Origin: Candidatus Latescibacterota bacterium
Lineage (GTDB): Bacteria > Latescibacterota > UBA2968 > GCA-2709665
Length of the DNA stretch: 64,000 nt
Assembly: GCA_963667175.2 (NCBI GenBank)
Contig: CAXXXF010000014.1
Span: 128,001 to 192,000, forward strand
Reading direction: 5' to 3'
Below the pieces are notes generated by a model. It was not told the origin of the DNA and searched no databases. It saw only the letters and a program-made list of their open reading frames with translations. Of the stretch, positions 39,425-49,321 are shown in pieces. The translations under genes and the position numbers were made by a program. Within the stretch, counting starts at the first letter, position 1, and the number at the start of each line of letters is the position of its first letter.

Positions 39425-40618
39425 ATGGAAAGCCGCATCATAAGACGCTTTGGTTTACTGGCCGTGGTTTTCGCGTGCGGCGCACTCACCGGGTGCGGCG
39501 GCGAAAAAGCTGAGGGCGAGAGCAAGACCGGCGCCGCGGCCGACTCCGCAAAGACCGACTCGACGGCGACCGACACGACCAAAGCCGCAAAAGAGAAAGG
39601 AAAAAAGACGCCGGAAGGCGTTCCCGTAAAGGTGCATCGTGTTCAACGGGGCGCCATTTCCTCATACCTGCTCTACCATGCCAGGGTGGAGGCTGAAGAA
39701 ACCGTGGACGTTTACGCCCACGGAAACGGGCACGTCAAACGCGTGCTGGCCGAAGAAGGCGACCGGGTCCGGGTGGATCAGGTCCTCGTCCGCCTGGTCG
39801 ACGACGAACTCAAGCTCGCCGAAGCGGAAGCCAAAGTCGCGTACCTCAAGCTGGAGAACGACTTCAATCGTCAAAAGAAAATCTTCGACAAAAACCTGCT
39901 CTCCAAAGAAGAATACGAACGTAACGCGTTCGACCTGCAACAGGCCAAAATCCGGTGGCAGCGGGCCGAGCTGGATCTGGACCACGCCCTGGTTCGATCT
40001 CCGATAGCCGGCGTCGTGGCGGAACGGATCGTCAGATTGGGCGACCGTATCGGTCCTTCAACCAGGCTCTATGCCCTGGTCAATATGAACAGCCTGATCT
40101 CCAGAGCACACGTACCGGGAGGGGACCTGCCCAACGTCTCAGTCGGGCAGCCTGCGCGCATCACCACGAATCTCTTTCCCGATGTCAATTTCCCCGGGCG
40201 CATTATTCGCATCAGCCCCGTTGTCGATCCGAACAGCGGTACGTTCCGGGTAACGCTGGCGATCAACGACGCGAAGGAGAGGTTGCGGCCCGGAATGTTC
40301 GTCACGACCAGAATCGTCACGGCCACCCACGAAGAAGCATTGCTGGTGCCCAAACGCGCGATCGTCCACGATGACGGATATCCTCACGTTTTCGTGGTTC
40401 AGGACAGTACCGCACGCAAAATTCAGCTCGACCTGGGGTTTGAAGACACCCAGCACCAGGAGGTGCTCAGCGGCGTCTCGCAGGGGGACAGCATCGTGGT
40501 TGTCGGCCAGAACGGCCTCAAGGATCAGGCCCGGGTCCGGGTGATCGAAGGCACGGGCCTACGCATTCCGGCCACACCGGATACCACGGAGCAAGAGCCG
40601 CAGGAAACCACGGACTAA
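39425..40618 (+). CDS. RND efflux periplasmic adaptor (MFP) lipoprotein
   Basis: Lipobox LTGC, EEGDRV, VRSPIAGVV, ISPVVD, LRPGMF, VVVGQ. Confidence 0.92.
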   Translation: MESRIIRRFGLLAVVFACGALTGCGGEKAEGESKTGAAADSAKTDSTATDTTKAAKEKGKKTPEGVPVKVHRVQRGAISSYLLYHARVEAEETVDVYAHGNGHVKRVLAEEGDRVRVDQVLVRLVDDELKLAEAEAKVAYLKLENDFNRQKKIFDKNLLSKEEYERNAFDLQQAKIRWQRAELDLDHALVRSPIAGVVAERIVRLGDRIGPSTRLYALVNMNSLISRAHVPGGDLPNVSVGQPARITTNLFPDVNFPGRIIRISPVVDPNSGTFRVTLAINDAKERLRPGMFVTTRIVTATHEEALLVPKRAIVHDDGYPHVFVVQDSTARKIQLDLGFEDTQHQEVLSGVSQGDSIVVVGQNGLKDQARVRVIEGTGLRIPATPDTTEQEPQETTD

Positions 40619-40664
40619 GCGGCGTCGACGCGCGGCGGCGCCGCTGATCGAGGACTCAGAAGGC

Positions 40665-43600
40665 ATGGACGACGAATCCGCAGGCGCCGGATCACGAAAT
40701 CCCGCTTCCCGCGCCGGAACCCATACTTCCCGCACGTTCGAAATCACCACCCGGAGGCCGGTGGCCATTTTTATGGTCGTCCTGGCCATCGCGGTCTTCG
40801 GCTATATATCCTACCAGCAACTGCCGCTCACCCTGATGCCGGACATCTCCTATCCCACCCTCACCATCCGCACGGACTATCCCGATACCGCGCCCGAGGA
40901 AGTTGAAAACCTGATTTCCAGGAGAATAGAACAGCGGCTGGGGGTCGTCAACAACCTGGCCAGCATCGTCTCCATTTCCCGGGCGGGAATGTCGGACGTC
41001 ATCCTGGAATTCGGCTGGGACACGGACATGAACGACGCTGTACAGACGGTGCGGGAAAACCTGGATCGGCTGAACCTGCCCCGGGGCGTCAACAAACCGC
41101 TCATCCTGCGTTACGATCCGACGCAGGATCCGATCATGCGGATCGGCCTGTACGGCGATGCCGACCTGTACGCGCTGCGGCTCATCGCCGAGGAAGAGAT
41201 CAAACAGGCGCTGGAGGCGATGAAAGGCGTTGCCGCGGCCCGGGTGCACGGCGGTCTGGAAGAAGAGATCCGCGTCGAAATCAATGAACGGCAACTCGCC
41301 CTGATTGGGCTTGGCATCGGCGACGTCAACCGGCGGCTTCGTGAAGAGAACGTCAACCTCGCCGGCGGCAGCCTTCTGGACGGCCAGACCCAGTATATGG
41401 TCCGCACGCTGAACGAATTCCGGACCGTCGACGAAATCCGCAACCTCGTCATCGGACAGAAAAACGGCGCCGATATCCGGCTCAAAGACGTCAGCCATGT
41501 TGTCCGAGGTCATAAGGATCGGGAGATCATTACCCGTGTCAACGGCGTGGAGAGCGTGGAAATCGACGTCTTCAAGGAAGCCGACGCCAATATCGTCGCC
41601 ACCGCGCAGCGGGTACGCGATCGACTGTTCGGCACGCCGGAACAACTGGCCTACGTGAAGCGGCTGAATGCCGGAGAGATCGAGCCGGCGGACGCCGCCA
41701 ACCGGGCCGCGCAGGTGCGGCAGTTCGTCAAGCTCAAGGAAATGACCGGCTACATTGCCTATTCGATGCCGAAAGACATGCAGGTGGAAGTGCTTTCGGA
41801 CCAGTCGCTGTTTATCGAGCGATCGGTCGACGAAGTCAAACAGACCGCCGTCATCGGGGGCGTACTTGCCATCCTGGTGCTCTATATCTTCCTGCGAAAT
41901 CCTTCCCATACGGGCATCGTGAGTCTGGCGATCCCTATCTCCATCATCGCCACGTTTGCGCCCATGAAGCTGTTCGGCGTCTCGTTGAACATCATGTCGC
42001 TGGGAGGCATGGCGCTGGGTATCGGCATGCTTGTCGACAACTCCATCGTCGTACTGGAAAGCATCTTCCGGTGCCGCGAGGAGGGAGACGACGTCGTTAG
42101 CGCGGCGGTGAGAGGCGCCGGAGAAGTCGGAGGCGCAGTCTTTGCCTCCACGCTCACCACGGTCGCGGTCTTCTTTCCGATTGTCTTCGTCGAAGGGGTG
42201 GCCGGCCAGGTCTTCGGAGATATGTCCCTGACCGTGGTCTTTTCGCTTCTGGCGTCACTCGCTGTCGCGCTGTTCTTCATTCCCATGCTGGCATCCCGCC
42301 GGATCCGCATCGGCGAACCCGGAAGCGGACGCGCGGGCTCGTCCGCGGGCGGCGTGTTCAACTCGGAATTGCTGCGGTTCCGATCCCTCGTTCGTCTCAA
42401 GGCGCTCGCGGGCGAACGGTCCCTGACACAGGTCCCCTTCGTGGTGCTCAAGGGCCTCGTCTATCTGCCGTGGCTGGTCTTCGAATGCGTCTGGCGCACC
42501 CTCTGGGTGGTACTCGCGATCGTGATTGTCGTTCTAAAGGCGGCCTGCGTGATCCTCGCGCCCATCCTGTATTTTCCCGCCGCCGTCCTTGTCCTGAAGA
42601 TCAGGAAAAAACCCGCGCACGCATGGCGGAATCTCTGCGCGTGGACCCGAAACCCGGCGCCGTTCGGATCCGGAATTGCCCGGGCCATCTGGCACGATCT
42701 GCTGGTATTCAATGCCCCCGTCGCGTTCGGCGAAGGACTCGCCGGCTGCGTACGATGGACGTGGCGCGCCGCCGGACGTACATGCCGGTGGCCGTTACGC
42801 GGCAGCCGTCTCGGTATCGTCCCGCGTGTTCCCGCGGCCCTGGCCGGCGTTCTCCTGCTGGTCCTGCTCTTCGGACTCGGACCTTGCTATTTCATTCTGC
42901 GATTCGTGATCTTCCAGACGGTCTCGCTGCTGGGAAAACTCCTGATCCTGCTGCTGATGACAACCTTTCCGGCCGGGGTTACGGTCGCGGCTCTGCTGGC
43001 CGCCGTCGCCCTTCCCCTGATCGCGCCCGCAATACACGCCTTTGACGTCGGCTTCGGCGCCATCAGCCGCGCCTATCCTCCGGTGATCCGCTGGGCGCTG
43101 AATAACCGGCTCACCATCGTCTCTATGGCCCTCCTGCCGTTCATTCTGTGCTGGTACTTTCTGGCGCCTCATATCGGCCGCGAACTCATTCCGGCCGTTC
43201 ACCATGGCGAATTCGACCTGGAACTTTCCATGCCCGTGGGCACGCCCCTGGAACGCACCGAGAAGACCGTTGCCGACGTGGAATCACGGGTTCTGAATGA
43301 GCGGGACGTTGCGCGCATTGCCACCGTCGTTGGGGTGGATAAGACCTCCGTATCCACCTCCGACCAGGGAGAACATACCTCGAGGGTCACCATCGTCGTA
43401 TCCGACGAGGCGTCAAACGGCGCAAACGACGCAGGCCGGATCTGGCAGGACGTCCGCACGTTTCCCAATAGAGTATGGGCGGGAATTTCCGGCAACACGC
43501 TACTGGCGAAACGGGAGGCGGACCTCATGTCCCGGCTGCGCGACAGGCTGGGCGACCTCCCGCAGGTTACGGTCGATTTTTCGCGTCCGGCGCTTTTTAC

Positions 43601-44666
43601 GTTCAAGACGCCGGTTGAGCTGGAAATTCGAGGCTACGACCTCGCCAGCCTCGCCAGCCTGGGACGTAGCGTGGAACGCGCCCTTTCGGGTATCCCGGGG
43701 CTTTACGACGTGAAATCCAGCCTCCAGCGCGGGAATCCGGAAGTGCAGATCGTCTACCGCAGGGACCTGCTGGCTTCGTACGGCCTCAATCTGCGCAGCG
43801 TTGCCACGCTGGTTCGGGAAAAAGTGCAGGGCGACGTGGTCACCCGGTTCCGGGAGGCCGACCGACGAATCGACGTTCTGGTCCGCGTGGACGAAGCCGA
43901 TCGGTCCGGCGTATCCGATTTGAAGCGGCTGGTGGTCAACCCGGATGGCGAAGCCCCCATCTACCTTTCCGCCGTCGCCGATATTCAGGTTCGGGAGGGC
44001 CCGAGCGAGATCCGGCGCATCGACCAGCAGCGGGCGGTGCTGATATCGGCCAACGTGGCGGGCATCGATCTGGGGACGGCAACGGGGCTGATCCAGCAGG
44101 CCCTGGAGAAAGTCGAGATTCCCGGGGACGTCTCCTTCGTTATCGGCGGCCAGAACCGGGAGATGCAGACCTCCCTCCGGAGCCTGATTTTCGCGCTGTG
44201 CCTGGCCGTCTTTCTGGTCTACATCGTCATGGCCTCCCAGTTCGAGTCCTTCGTCCATCCATTTGTCATCATTTTCACGATTCCACTGGCGCTGATCGGC
44301 GTTCTCGTCGTCCTCTTCGTGACCGGAATCTCGTTCAGCGTCGTGGTCTTCCTGGGTCTGATCATGCTGGCCGGTATCGTGGTCAACAACGCCATCGTTT
44401 TCGTGGACTACATCAACCACCTGCGCGCCGGCGGCCGGTCCAGGACCGATGCGATCGTACAGGCCGGCTCGGTGCGGCTGCGCCCCATTCTGATGACCAC
44501 GGCAACCACCGTTCTGGGACTCCTGCCCATGGCGCTGGGTCTGGGCGAAGGCTCGGAAATCCGCACGCCCATGGCCATCACAGTGGTCGCCGGCCTGATC
44601 AGTTCGACCGCGCTCACGCTCATCGTCATCCCGACCGTCTATTCCCTGCTGGATCGGGGGGACTGA
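40665..44666 (+). CDS. RND efflux permease (AcrB/AcrD/AcrF family) with large insertion
   Basis: RRPVA, LMPDISYP, PEEVE, NIMSLGG.ALGIGMLVDNSIVVLESI, ASQFES, GIVVNNAI, RLRPILMT. 1333 aa. Confidence 0.93.
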   Translation: MDDESAGAGSRNPASRAGTHTSRTFEITTRRPVAIFMVVLAIAVFGYISYQQLPLTLMPDISYPTLTIRTDYPDTAPEEVENLISRRIEQRLGVVNNLASIVSISRAGMSDVILEFGWDTDMNDAVQTVRENLDRLNLPRGVNKPLILRYDPTQDPIMRIGLYGDADLYALRLIAEEEIKQALEAMKGVAAARVHGGLEEEIRVEINERQLALIGLGIGDVNRRLREENVNLAGGSLLDGQTQYMVRTLNEFRTVDEIRNLVIGQKNGADIRLKDVSHVVRGHKDREIITRVNGVESVEIDVFKEADANIVATAQRVRDRLFGTPEQLAYVKRLNAGEIEPADAANRAAQVRQFVKLKEMTGYIAYSMPKDMQVEVLSDQSLFIERSVDEVKQTAVIGGVLAILVLYIFLRNPSHTGIVSLAIPISIIATFAPMKLFGVSLNIMSLGGMALGIGMLVDNSIVVLESIFRCREEGDDVVSAAVRGAGEVGGAVFASTLTTVAVFFPIVFVEGVAGQVFGDMSLTVVFSLLASLAVALFFIPMLASRRIRIGEPGSGRAGSSAGGVFNSELLRFRSLVRLKALAGERSLTQVPFVVLKGLVYLPWLVFECVWRTLWVVLAIVIVVLKAACVILAPILYFPAAVLVLKIRKKPAHAWRNLCAWTRNPAPFGSGIARAIWHDLLVFNAPVAFGEGLAGCVRWTWRAAGRTCRWPLRGSRLGIVPRVPAALAGVLLLVLLFGLGPCYFILRFVIFQTVSLLGKLLILLLMTTFPAGVTVAALLAAVALPLIAPAIHAFDVGFGAISRAYPPVIRWALNNRLTIVSMALLPFILCWYFLAPHIGRELIPAVHHGEFDLELSMPVGTPLERTEKTVADVESRVLNERDVARIATVVGVDKTSVSTSDQGEHTSRVTIVVSDEASNGANDAGRIWQDVRTFPNRVWAGISGNTLLAKREADLMSRLRDRLGDLPQVTVDFSRPALFTFKTPVELEIRGYDLASLASLGRSVERALSGIPGLYDVKSSLQRGNPEVQIVYRRDLLASYGLNLRSVATLVREKVQGDVVTRFREADRRIDVLVRVDEADRSGVSDLKRLVVNPDGEAPIYLSAVADIQVREGPSEIRRIDQQRAVLISANVAGIDLGTATGLIQQALEKVEIPGDVSFVIGGQNREMQTSLRSLIFALCLAVFLVYIVMASQFESFVHPFVIIFTIPLALIGVLVVLFVTGISFSVVVFLGLIMLAGIVVNNAIVFVDYINHLRAGGRSRTDAIVQAGSVRLRPILMTTATTVLGLLPMALGLGEGSEIRTPMAITVVAGLISSTALTLIVIPTVYSLLDRGD

Positions 44667-44672
44667 GGGATT

Positions 44673-44835
44673 TAACCTTAATTCCAAGAAGATAACCGCT
44701 AAATGAGTCACAAAAAGCACAAAAGGGTTCGGCGCCAAACAGCGTGTGTCGAAACGCCTTGACCCTGCAGGGTTTTCCTTGTCTTTCGGCTATACGCCCT
44801 GTAACGGATTCGCTGTTTTTGTGCCTCTTGTGGCA
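44673..44835. mobile_element. MITE-like element, family A
   Basis: Aligns with 21848-22010 (GACCCTGCAG.GTTTTCCTTGTC.TTCG..ATACGCCCTGTAAC). Confidence 0.75.
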
Positions 44836-44864
44836 AATTGCCTTCTAATAAGTCCATCCGGGCT

Positions 44865-44894
44865 GCCTGCCTGTGCGTTCGCACGCAGACAGGT
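44865..44894. repeat. REP-like palindrome
   Basis: GCCTGCCTGTGCG-TT-CGCACGCAGACAGGT, same family as 57899-57930. Preceded by AAGTCCATCCGGGCTG, a family C end remnant. Confidence 0.65.
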
Positions 44895-45165
44895 GTCCGA
44901 CCCTTGTGACCGAGTGACGGCGTTTGCATGGCAGGTTCCGTCGATTCCCGACGTCCGTGACGTGTCGCGGGTCCCCATTCACGGAAGTTTTCACTTTCCT
45001 TTTCTGCTGAATTCTGTTTTCTTTTTTTGTCGTCATCGGCTCGGGGAAGCGGTTTGCCGGTAACTTTTCCTGTTTTGCGTTGTCTAAGTGAGTGACCGCT
45101 ACGTCGAGAATATGGGAAAAGCCGATTACGACGTTCTTCCATGACGTCGAAAGGGTTTTGACGAG

Positions 45166-46563
45166 ATGATAATTGGTGCGCCCGGTACGTCGCGTCTGTT
45201 GAGAATAGCGCTGCTGTTCACCGTTGCTTCCATGCTCTCGGGACCGCTGGTGGCTGAGGAAACGGCGCCCAGAGACATGCATCTCAGCCTCGCCGAATGC
45301 ATCGAAATCGCTCTGGGCAACAACTCGGCGATTACGCAATCCCGCTTCTCGCGGGAGATTGCCGTTGCCCGGATCGACCAGAATAGAAACAACTTTCTGC
45401 CGTCGCTGAACAGCAACTATCGCATCTCCAGAAGCGTAACCGGCCCCAGGGAAGGCGCAATCTTCGATGCGACAACGCAGACAATCGTCACCACCCTGGG
45501 CGAAGACCGCGTGGGTGGGTCTCAGTCCGTCGGGTCGAGTCTGAACGTTACCATATTCAACGCCGCCGATTTCGCGAATCTCTCGGCCAGCAAGAAGTCG
45601 GCGCGTGCGGCTGAGTTGGACCTTTCGGTAACCCGGCGTCAGACGACTTTTCTGGTGAAACAGCGATATTTCATCCTTCTCCAACGTATCGAGCAACTGG
45701 AACTGGCGAAGGAGCAGGTGAGCTATTCGGAAGAGGACCTGCGCCGCGAAAACACAATGTATGAAATCGGTTCCTCCACCATCGCCGAGGTTCTGAGCAC
45801 CGAGTCGCAGCTTGCGGGCGATCGCGTGACGCTCATCGCCAGGGAAAACGAAGTTGCCACCGCCCGCGCCGAGCTTGCGTTTTCTCTCGGACTCAGTCCC
45901 GACGTCGTTATTTTTCCGACGGAGAAGACGTTTTCAGTCTCCCCGCCCCCGGTCGCATACCAGGAAACGATGAATCGCGCACTGGCGGGAAGTCCCGAGA
46001 TCCAGGCACAAAAACACAGAATGCTCGCAAGCAGGGATCAGCTGAGAGCCACCAGATACAGCGTTCGCTTTCCGAGCATTAGCGGAAGCGCAGGTTACGG
46101 TTGGCAGTTGAACCGGGGCGAGAATTTCGCGGGCGTGGAGGATCTCTTCGTCAAGAACTACTCTTACAGTGCGGGCATCAGCGTCAGCGTGCCTGTTTTC
46201 AACCGGCTGGCTACGGAAAACAACGTCAAGATCGGAAAATTGGAATACCTGAGGAGCCGGGAGCAACTCGACCAGGCGAAACGTCAGAAAGCCATGGATA
46301 TCAGGCTGTCGTTTCTGAACCTCGAACGGCTTCGCCGGAGCGTCACCGCAAACGAAGCGGCCGTGAAATTCCGCGAAGAAAATTTCAGGCTTCAGGACCA
46401 GAGATACAACCTGGGAGGCGGCACGTTTCTCGAACGCCAGCAGGCGCAACTCCAGCTCTTTTCGGCCCGAAACCAGCTTGTGCAGGACAGATTCCAATAC
46501 CAGATCGAACTGGCTCAGCTGGAACTGCACGTCGGCGGGCCGCTCGTTCAGAACGACGAGTGA
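45166..46563 (+). CDS. TolC family outer membrane efflux protein
   Basis: Signal peptide, LSLAECIEIAL.NN, FLPSL, two OEP repeats, RYNLG..T.LE...AQ. Confidence 0.9.
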   Translation: MIIGAPGTSRLLRIALLFTVASMLSGPLVAEETAPRDMHLSLAECIEIALGNNSAITQSRFSREIAVARIDQNRNNFLPSLNSNYRISRSVTGPREGAIFDATTQTIVTTLGEDRVGGSQSVGSSLNVTIFNAADFANLSASKKSARAAELDLSVTRRQTTFLVKQRYFILLQRIEQLELAKEQVSYSEEDLRRENTMYEIGSSTIAEVLSTESQLAGDRVTLIARENEVATARAELAFSLGLSPDVVIFPTEKTFSVSPPPVAYQETMNRALAGSPEIQAQKHRMLASRDQLRATRYSVRFPSISGSAGYGWQLNRGENFAGVEDLFVKNYSYSAGISVSVPVFNRLATENNVKIGKLEYLRSREQLDQAKRQKAMDIRLSFLNLERLRRSVTANEAAVKFREENFRLQDQRYNLGGGTFLERQQAQLQLFSARNQLVQDRFQYQIELAQLELHVGGPLVQNDE

Positions 46564-46606
46564 ACTGAAGTTGCGCCACACACTTACTCGACCCCCGGAG
46601 GACGTC

Positions 46607-47077
46607 ATGCACATCCGTTGTCGAACCCGCGCGGTCGCCGTCTCGGTCGCCGTCACCGCGTTATGCGTCTCAGCGGATCCGGCCCGGGCGCAGATGAAAA
46701 CCAGAGACTTCCTGTACTCCAAAAAGCTCTACGGTGCGCTGTCGCTGGGTGCGAGCATCTGGTTTTTCACCGAGGCGCACGCAGCCAGGAAAGACGCAAA
46801 CGACGCGTACGAACGGTACAGAACGACCACTTCCTCCCAGACGGCGGGAGACCTCTACAGCGAGAGCAAATCCGGCGATACCAGGGCCGCCATCATGTTC
46901 GGGCTCGGCGTCGGAACCCTGGCGTACTCGGTCCACCTCTTCCTTTCGGATGAAGACGAGGAACTTCCGCCGCCGGAAAAGCGGAACAACCTGGTCGAAA
47001 TGAAAGGCGTAGGCCTGCGCGTCAACGGCGACCTCAAAACCAGGGGCGTCCGTTTGAACCTCAACAAGGCGTTTTGA
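46607..47077 (+). CDS. exported/membrane hypothetical protein
   Basis: GGAGG+ATG 46607, signal peptide ending A-R-A, two hydrophobic helices around ANDAYERY, C-terminal Phe. Confidence 0.7.
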   Translation: MHIRCRTRAVAVSVAVTALCVSADPARAQMKTRDFLYSKKLYGALSLGASIWFFTEAHAARKDANDAYERYRTTTSSQTAGDLYSESKSGDTRAAIMFGLGVGTLAYSVHLFLSDEDEELPPPEKRNNLVEMKGVGLRVNGDLKTRGVRLNLNKAF

Positions 47078-47288
47078 CTCTCCTCTCACCGCGCATTCCT
47101 TCCAGTCCACTGTATTTTCCTTCGCTCGTGAATTGGGATGTATTGGATTCCATGCTCAGTTCCCCTTTTGTGAATAGATGTAAATATTCCTATCTCTTGT
47201 ACGCGCACCATTTCATCCCTTGCAGTCCAGTCCATTGTCTCAAGCATAGGCCAATCCGCCGACCGATCGCCGCTTTGAATGGAATCGT

Positions 47289-47573
47289 ATGTTCGATTGG
47301 GATCCAGCCAAAGCAGCGAGCAATCTACGGAAGCACAACGTCAGCTTCGAACTTGCCGCCACGGTGTTCGTGGATCCACTTTCGAAGTCGATTCCCGACC
47401 AGGATCAAAGCGAGTTCGAGGAGCGGTGGATAACCGTGGGCATCGCTCGAAACGGTCAGTTGTTGGTCGTATCCCACACCTATGTCGACAGCAGCGGGGA
47501 GGTGTCCGTGCGTCTCATTTCAGCTCGCGCAGCCACCCGTAAAGAGCGACGCCAATACGAGACCGACGAATGA
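47289..47573 (+). CDS. brnT: BrnT family ribonuclease toxin
   Basis: FDWDPAKAASNLRKHNVSFE.A..VF.DP...EERWITVG...LLVVSHT...RLISARAAT.KER..YE. Confidence 0.93.
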   Translation: MFDWDPAKAASNLRKHNVSFELAATVFVDPLSKSIPDQDQSEFEERWITVGIARNGQLLVVSHTYVDSSGEVSVRLISARAATRKERRQYETDE

Positions 47574-48856
47574 AGACCGAATACGACTTTTCAAAGGGCA
47601 AGCGCGGCAGGTTTTTCAGCTTAGACGCTAAGATGAGCTTACCCACCTCGGATGAGAAGGTTGTATGGGTTGGTCCCGACGGTCCGCTTGGCGGGTTCAT
47701 TGACCAGCAGACGAGGAAGACCCTCGATGCCTATCGCGAGCATCCACATCTGGTAACCGAGCATTCCAACCAGGAATACGACACCGCCCACGGAGGATAT
47801 ACTCATCGGCAACTCTTCGAACTCGTGCAGAACAGCGCGGATGCCCTGCTTGACGCTCCGAAAGGAAAGAGCATCCTGATCCGCCTGACGAGACGTTTCC
47901 TCTACTGCGCCGACGACGGAGATCCCATCGACGAGGACGGTGTCGTAGGGCTCATGTTCGACCGCCTGTCGAGCAAACGGAACACCGCGGCCATCGGCAG
48001 GTTCGGGAAGGGTTTCAAATCGGTCTTGAGGATAACGGATGCTCCAGAGTTCTACAGCCGGTCCGGGTCGTTTTGGTTCGATAAGACGCGTTCGGAGCGA
48101 CAAATAGCTGAGGTCGCGCAGGCCGAGCGATACCCTGTGCTGCGTTTGCCCGAACCCATCGATCCCTCCCATGAAAGGGATTCCGACGAGGAAATGCAGG
48201 AACTGATGAGTTGGGCGACGAACATCGTTCGACTGCCGCTGAAGCCCGGCGCGCATGATGGCCTCGCCCAACAAATCAGGGAGTTTCCACCCGAATTTCT
48301 GCTTTTCGTCGATCATGTCCGTTACCTGACCCTTGAATGTGAAGGAGTCTCCCGAAGTTTCACGTTGCAGCATCGGAAGGAGGAGTTCCATCTCGATACC
48401 GGCGACGAGACTTCGCGTTGGCGGCTTTTCAACACAACCCATACCCTTTCTCCCGATGCGCAAAGCGACTGGGGCTTGAACGAAGACAGCGGCAACGTGC
48501 CGGTCTCGTGGGCGGCGCCGCTGGATCGACTGGATCGCCCCGGACATTTCTGGGCGTTCTTCCCGACACATACCGCGAGTCTCGTGGCGGGTATTCTGAA
48601 TGCGCCGTGGAAAACAAACGAAGATCGTCAGAATCTGCTGCCCGGGCCGTACAACAATGAACTGATCGAAACGGCGGCACGACTGATTGCCGACGAATTA
48701 CCCCGACTCTCGACGCAGGAAGACCCCGCTCGCCACCTGGATGCCCTCCCCCGCAGACAAGAGGCAGGTGACTCGGAACAGAGTGTTCTCCTTCGCGACC
48801 GGCTGTTTGACCATATGCAGGAACGAGAGATCGTCCCCGATCAGCAAGGTAGATAG
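47570..48856 (+). pseudogene. BrnA-type antitoxin N-terminal peptide fused to sacsin-like GHKL ATPase domain; C-terminally truncated
   Basis: MKTEYDFSKGKRGRFF..DAK..LP, then ELVQNSADA, DDGDP, IGRFGKGFKS, AFFPT, LNAPW...DRQ. TAG at 48854-48856 with the frame open a further ~25 codons up to a MITE end. Confidence 0.8.
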
Positions 48857-48923
48857 TGCACCGTCGAACAACTCATGCATCCGACTCGCGAATTAATGGA
48901 CATCACAGACACGGCTTCCTTAG

Positions 48924-48937
48924 CAGTCCGTTGATAA
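48924..48937. mobile_element. single terminal repeat of MITE family C
   Basis: TTAG-CAGTCCGTTGATAA, matching the ends at 12353 and 57837. Confidence 0.5.
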
Positions 48938-49007
48938 GGCACGCCCTCCTGCAATCTGCCGTGTTTAAATTCGGACGGGACGGGATGAGGCGGGGACAGG
49001 GTTTTCA

Positions 49008-49169
49008 ATGCGCCTGCTTGCTCGCATCCTTCAACTTGCCGGGCTGATCTATATGGGTTTCGGCCTGTTTGTCGGCCTCTACGAAGAGGACATCGGCCGG
49101 GAGGTGCGCTTTGCGATCATCGGCGGTCTGATCTTCACGGCCGGCTGGCTGCTGCAGAAACGCGCGTAA
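49008..49169 (+). CDS. small two-TM membrane protein (53 aa, below the ORF-track cutoff)
   Basis: MRLLARILQLAGLIYMGFGLFVGLYEEDIGREVRFAIIGGLIFTAGWLLQKRA*, host-like codon usage. Confidence 0.65.
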   Translation: MRLLARILQLAGLIYMGFGLFVGLYEEDIGREVRFAIIGGLIFTAGWLLQKRA

Positions 49170-49239
49170 ACGTGAACAGGGCTGTACCTGACACCCGTTG
49201 GCTATTCGAGCATCGGGCGGCGGCCCCGTCGTAAATCGC

Positions 49240-49268
49240 TTGACAAAACCGGCGCCGTCTGCTAATCT
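49240..49268 (+). promoter_or_regulatory. sigma70-type promoter
   Basis: TTGACA-17 nt-TAATCT with extended TGn. Confidence 0.65.
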
Positions 49269-49321
49269 GAACGGACCGACGCTATCCGCACCCGGCGAAA
49301 CCCGAAGAGGAGACCGATTGC

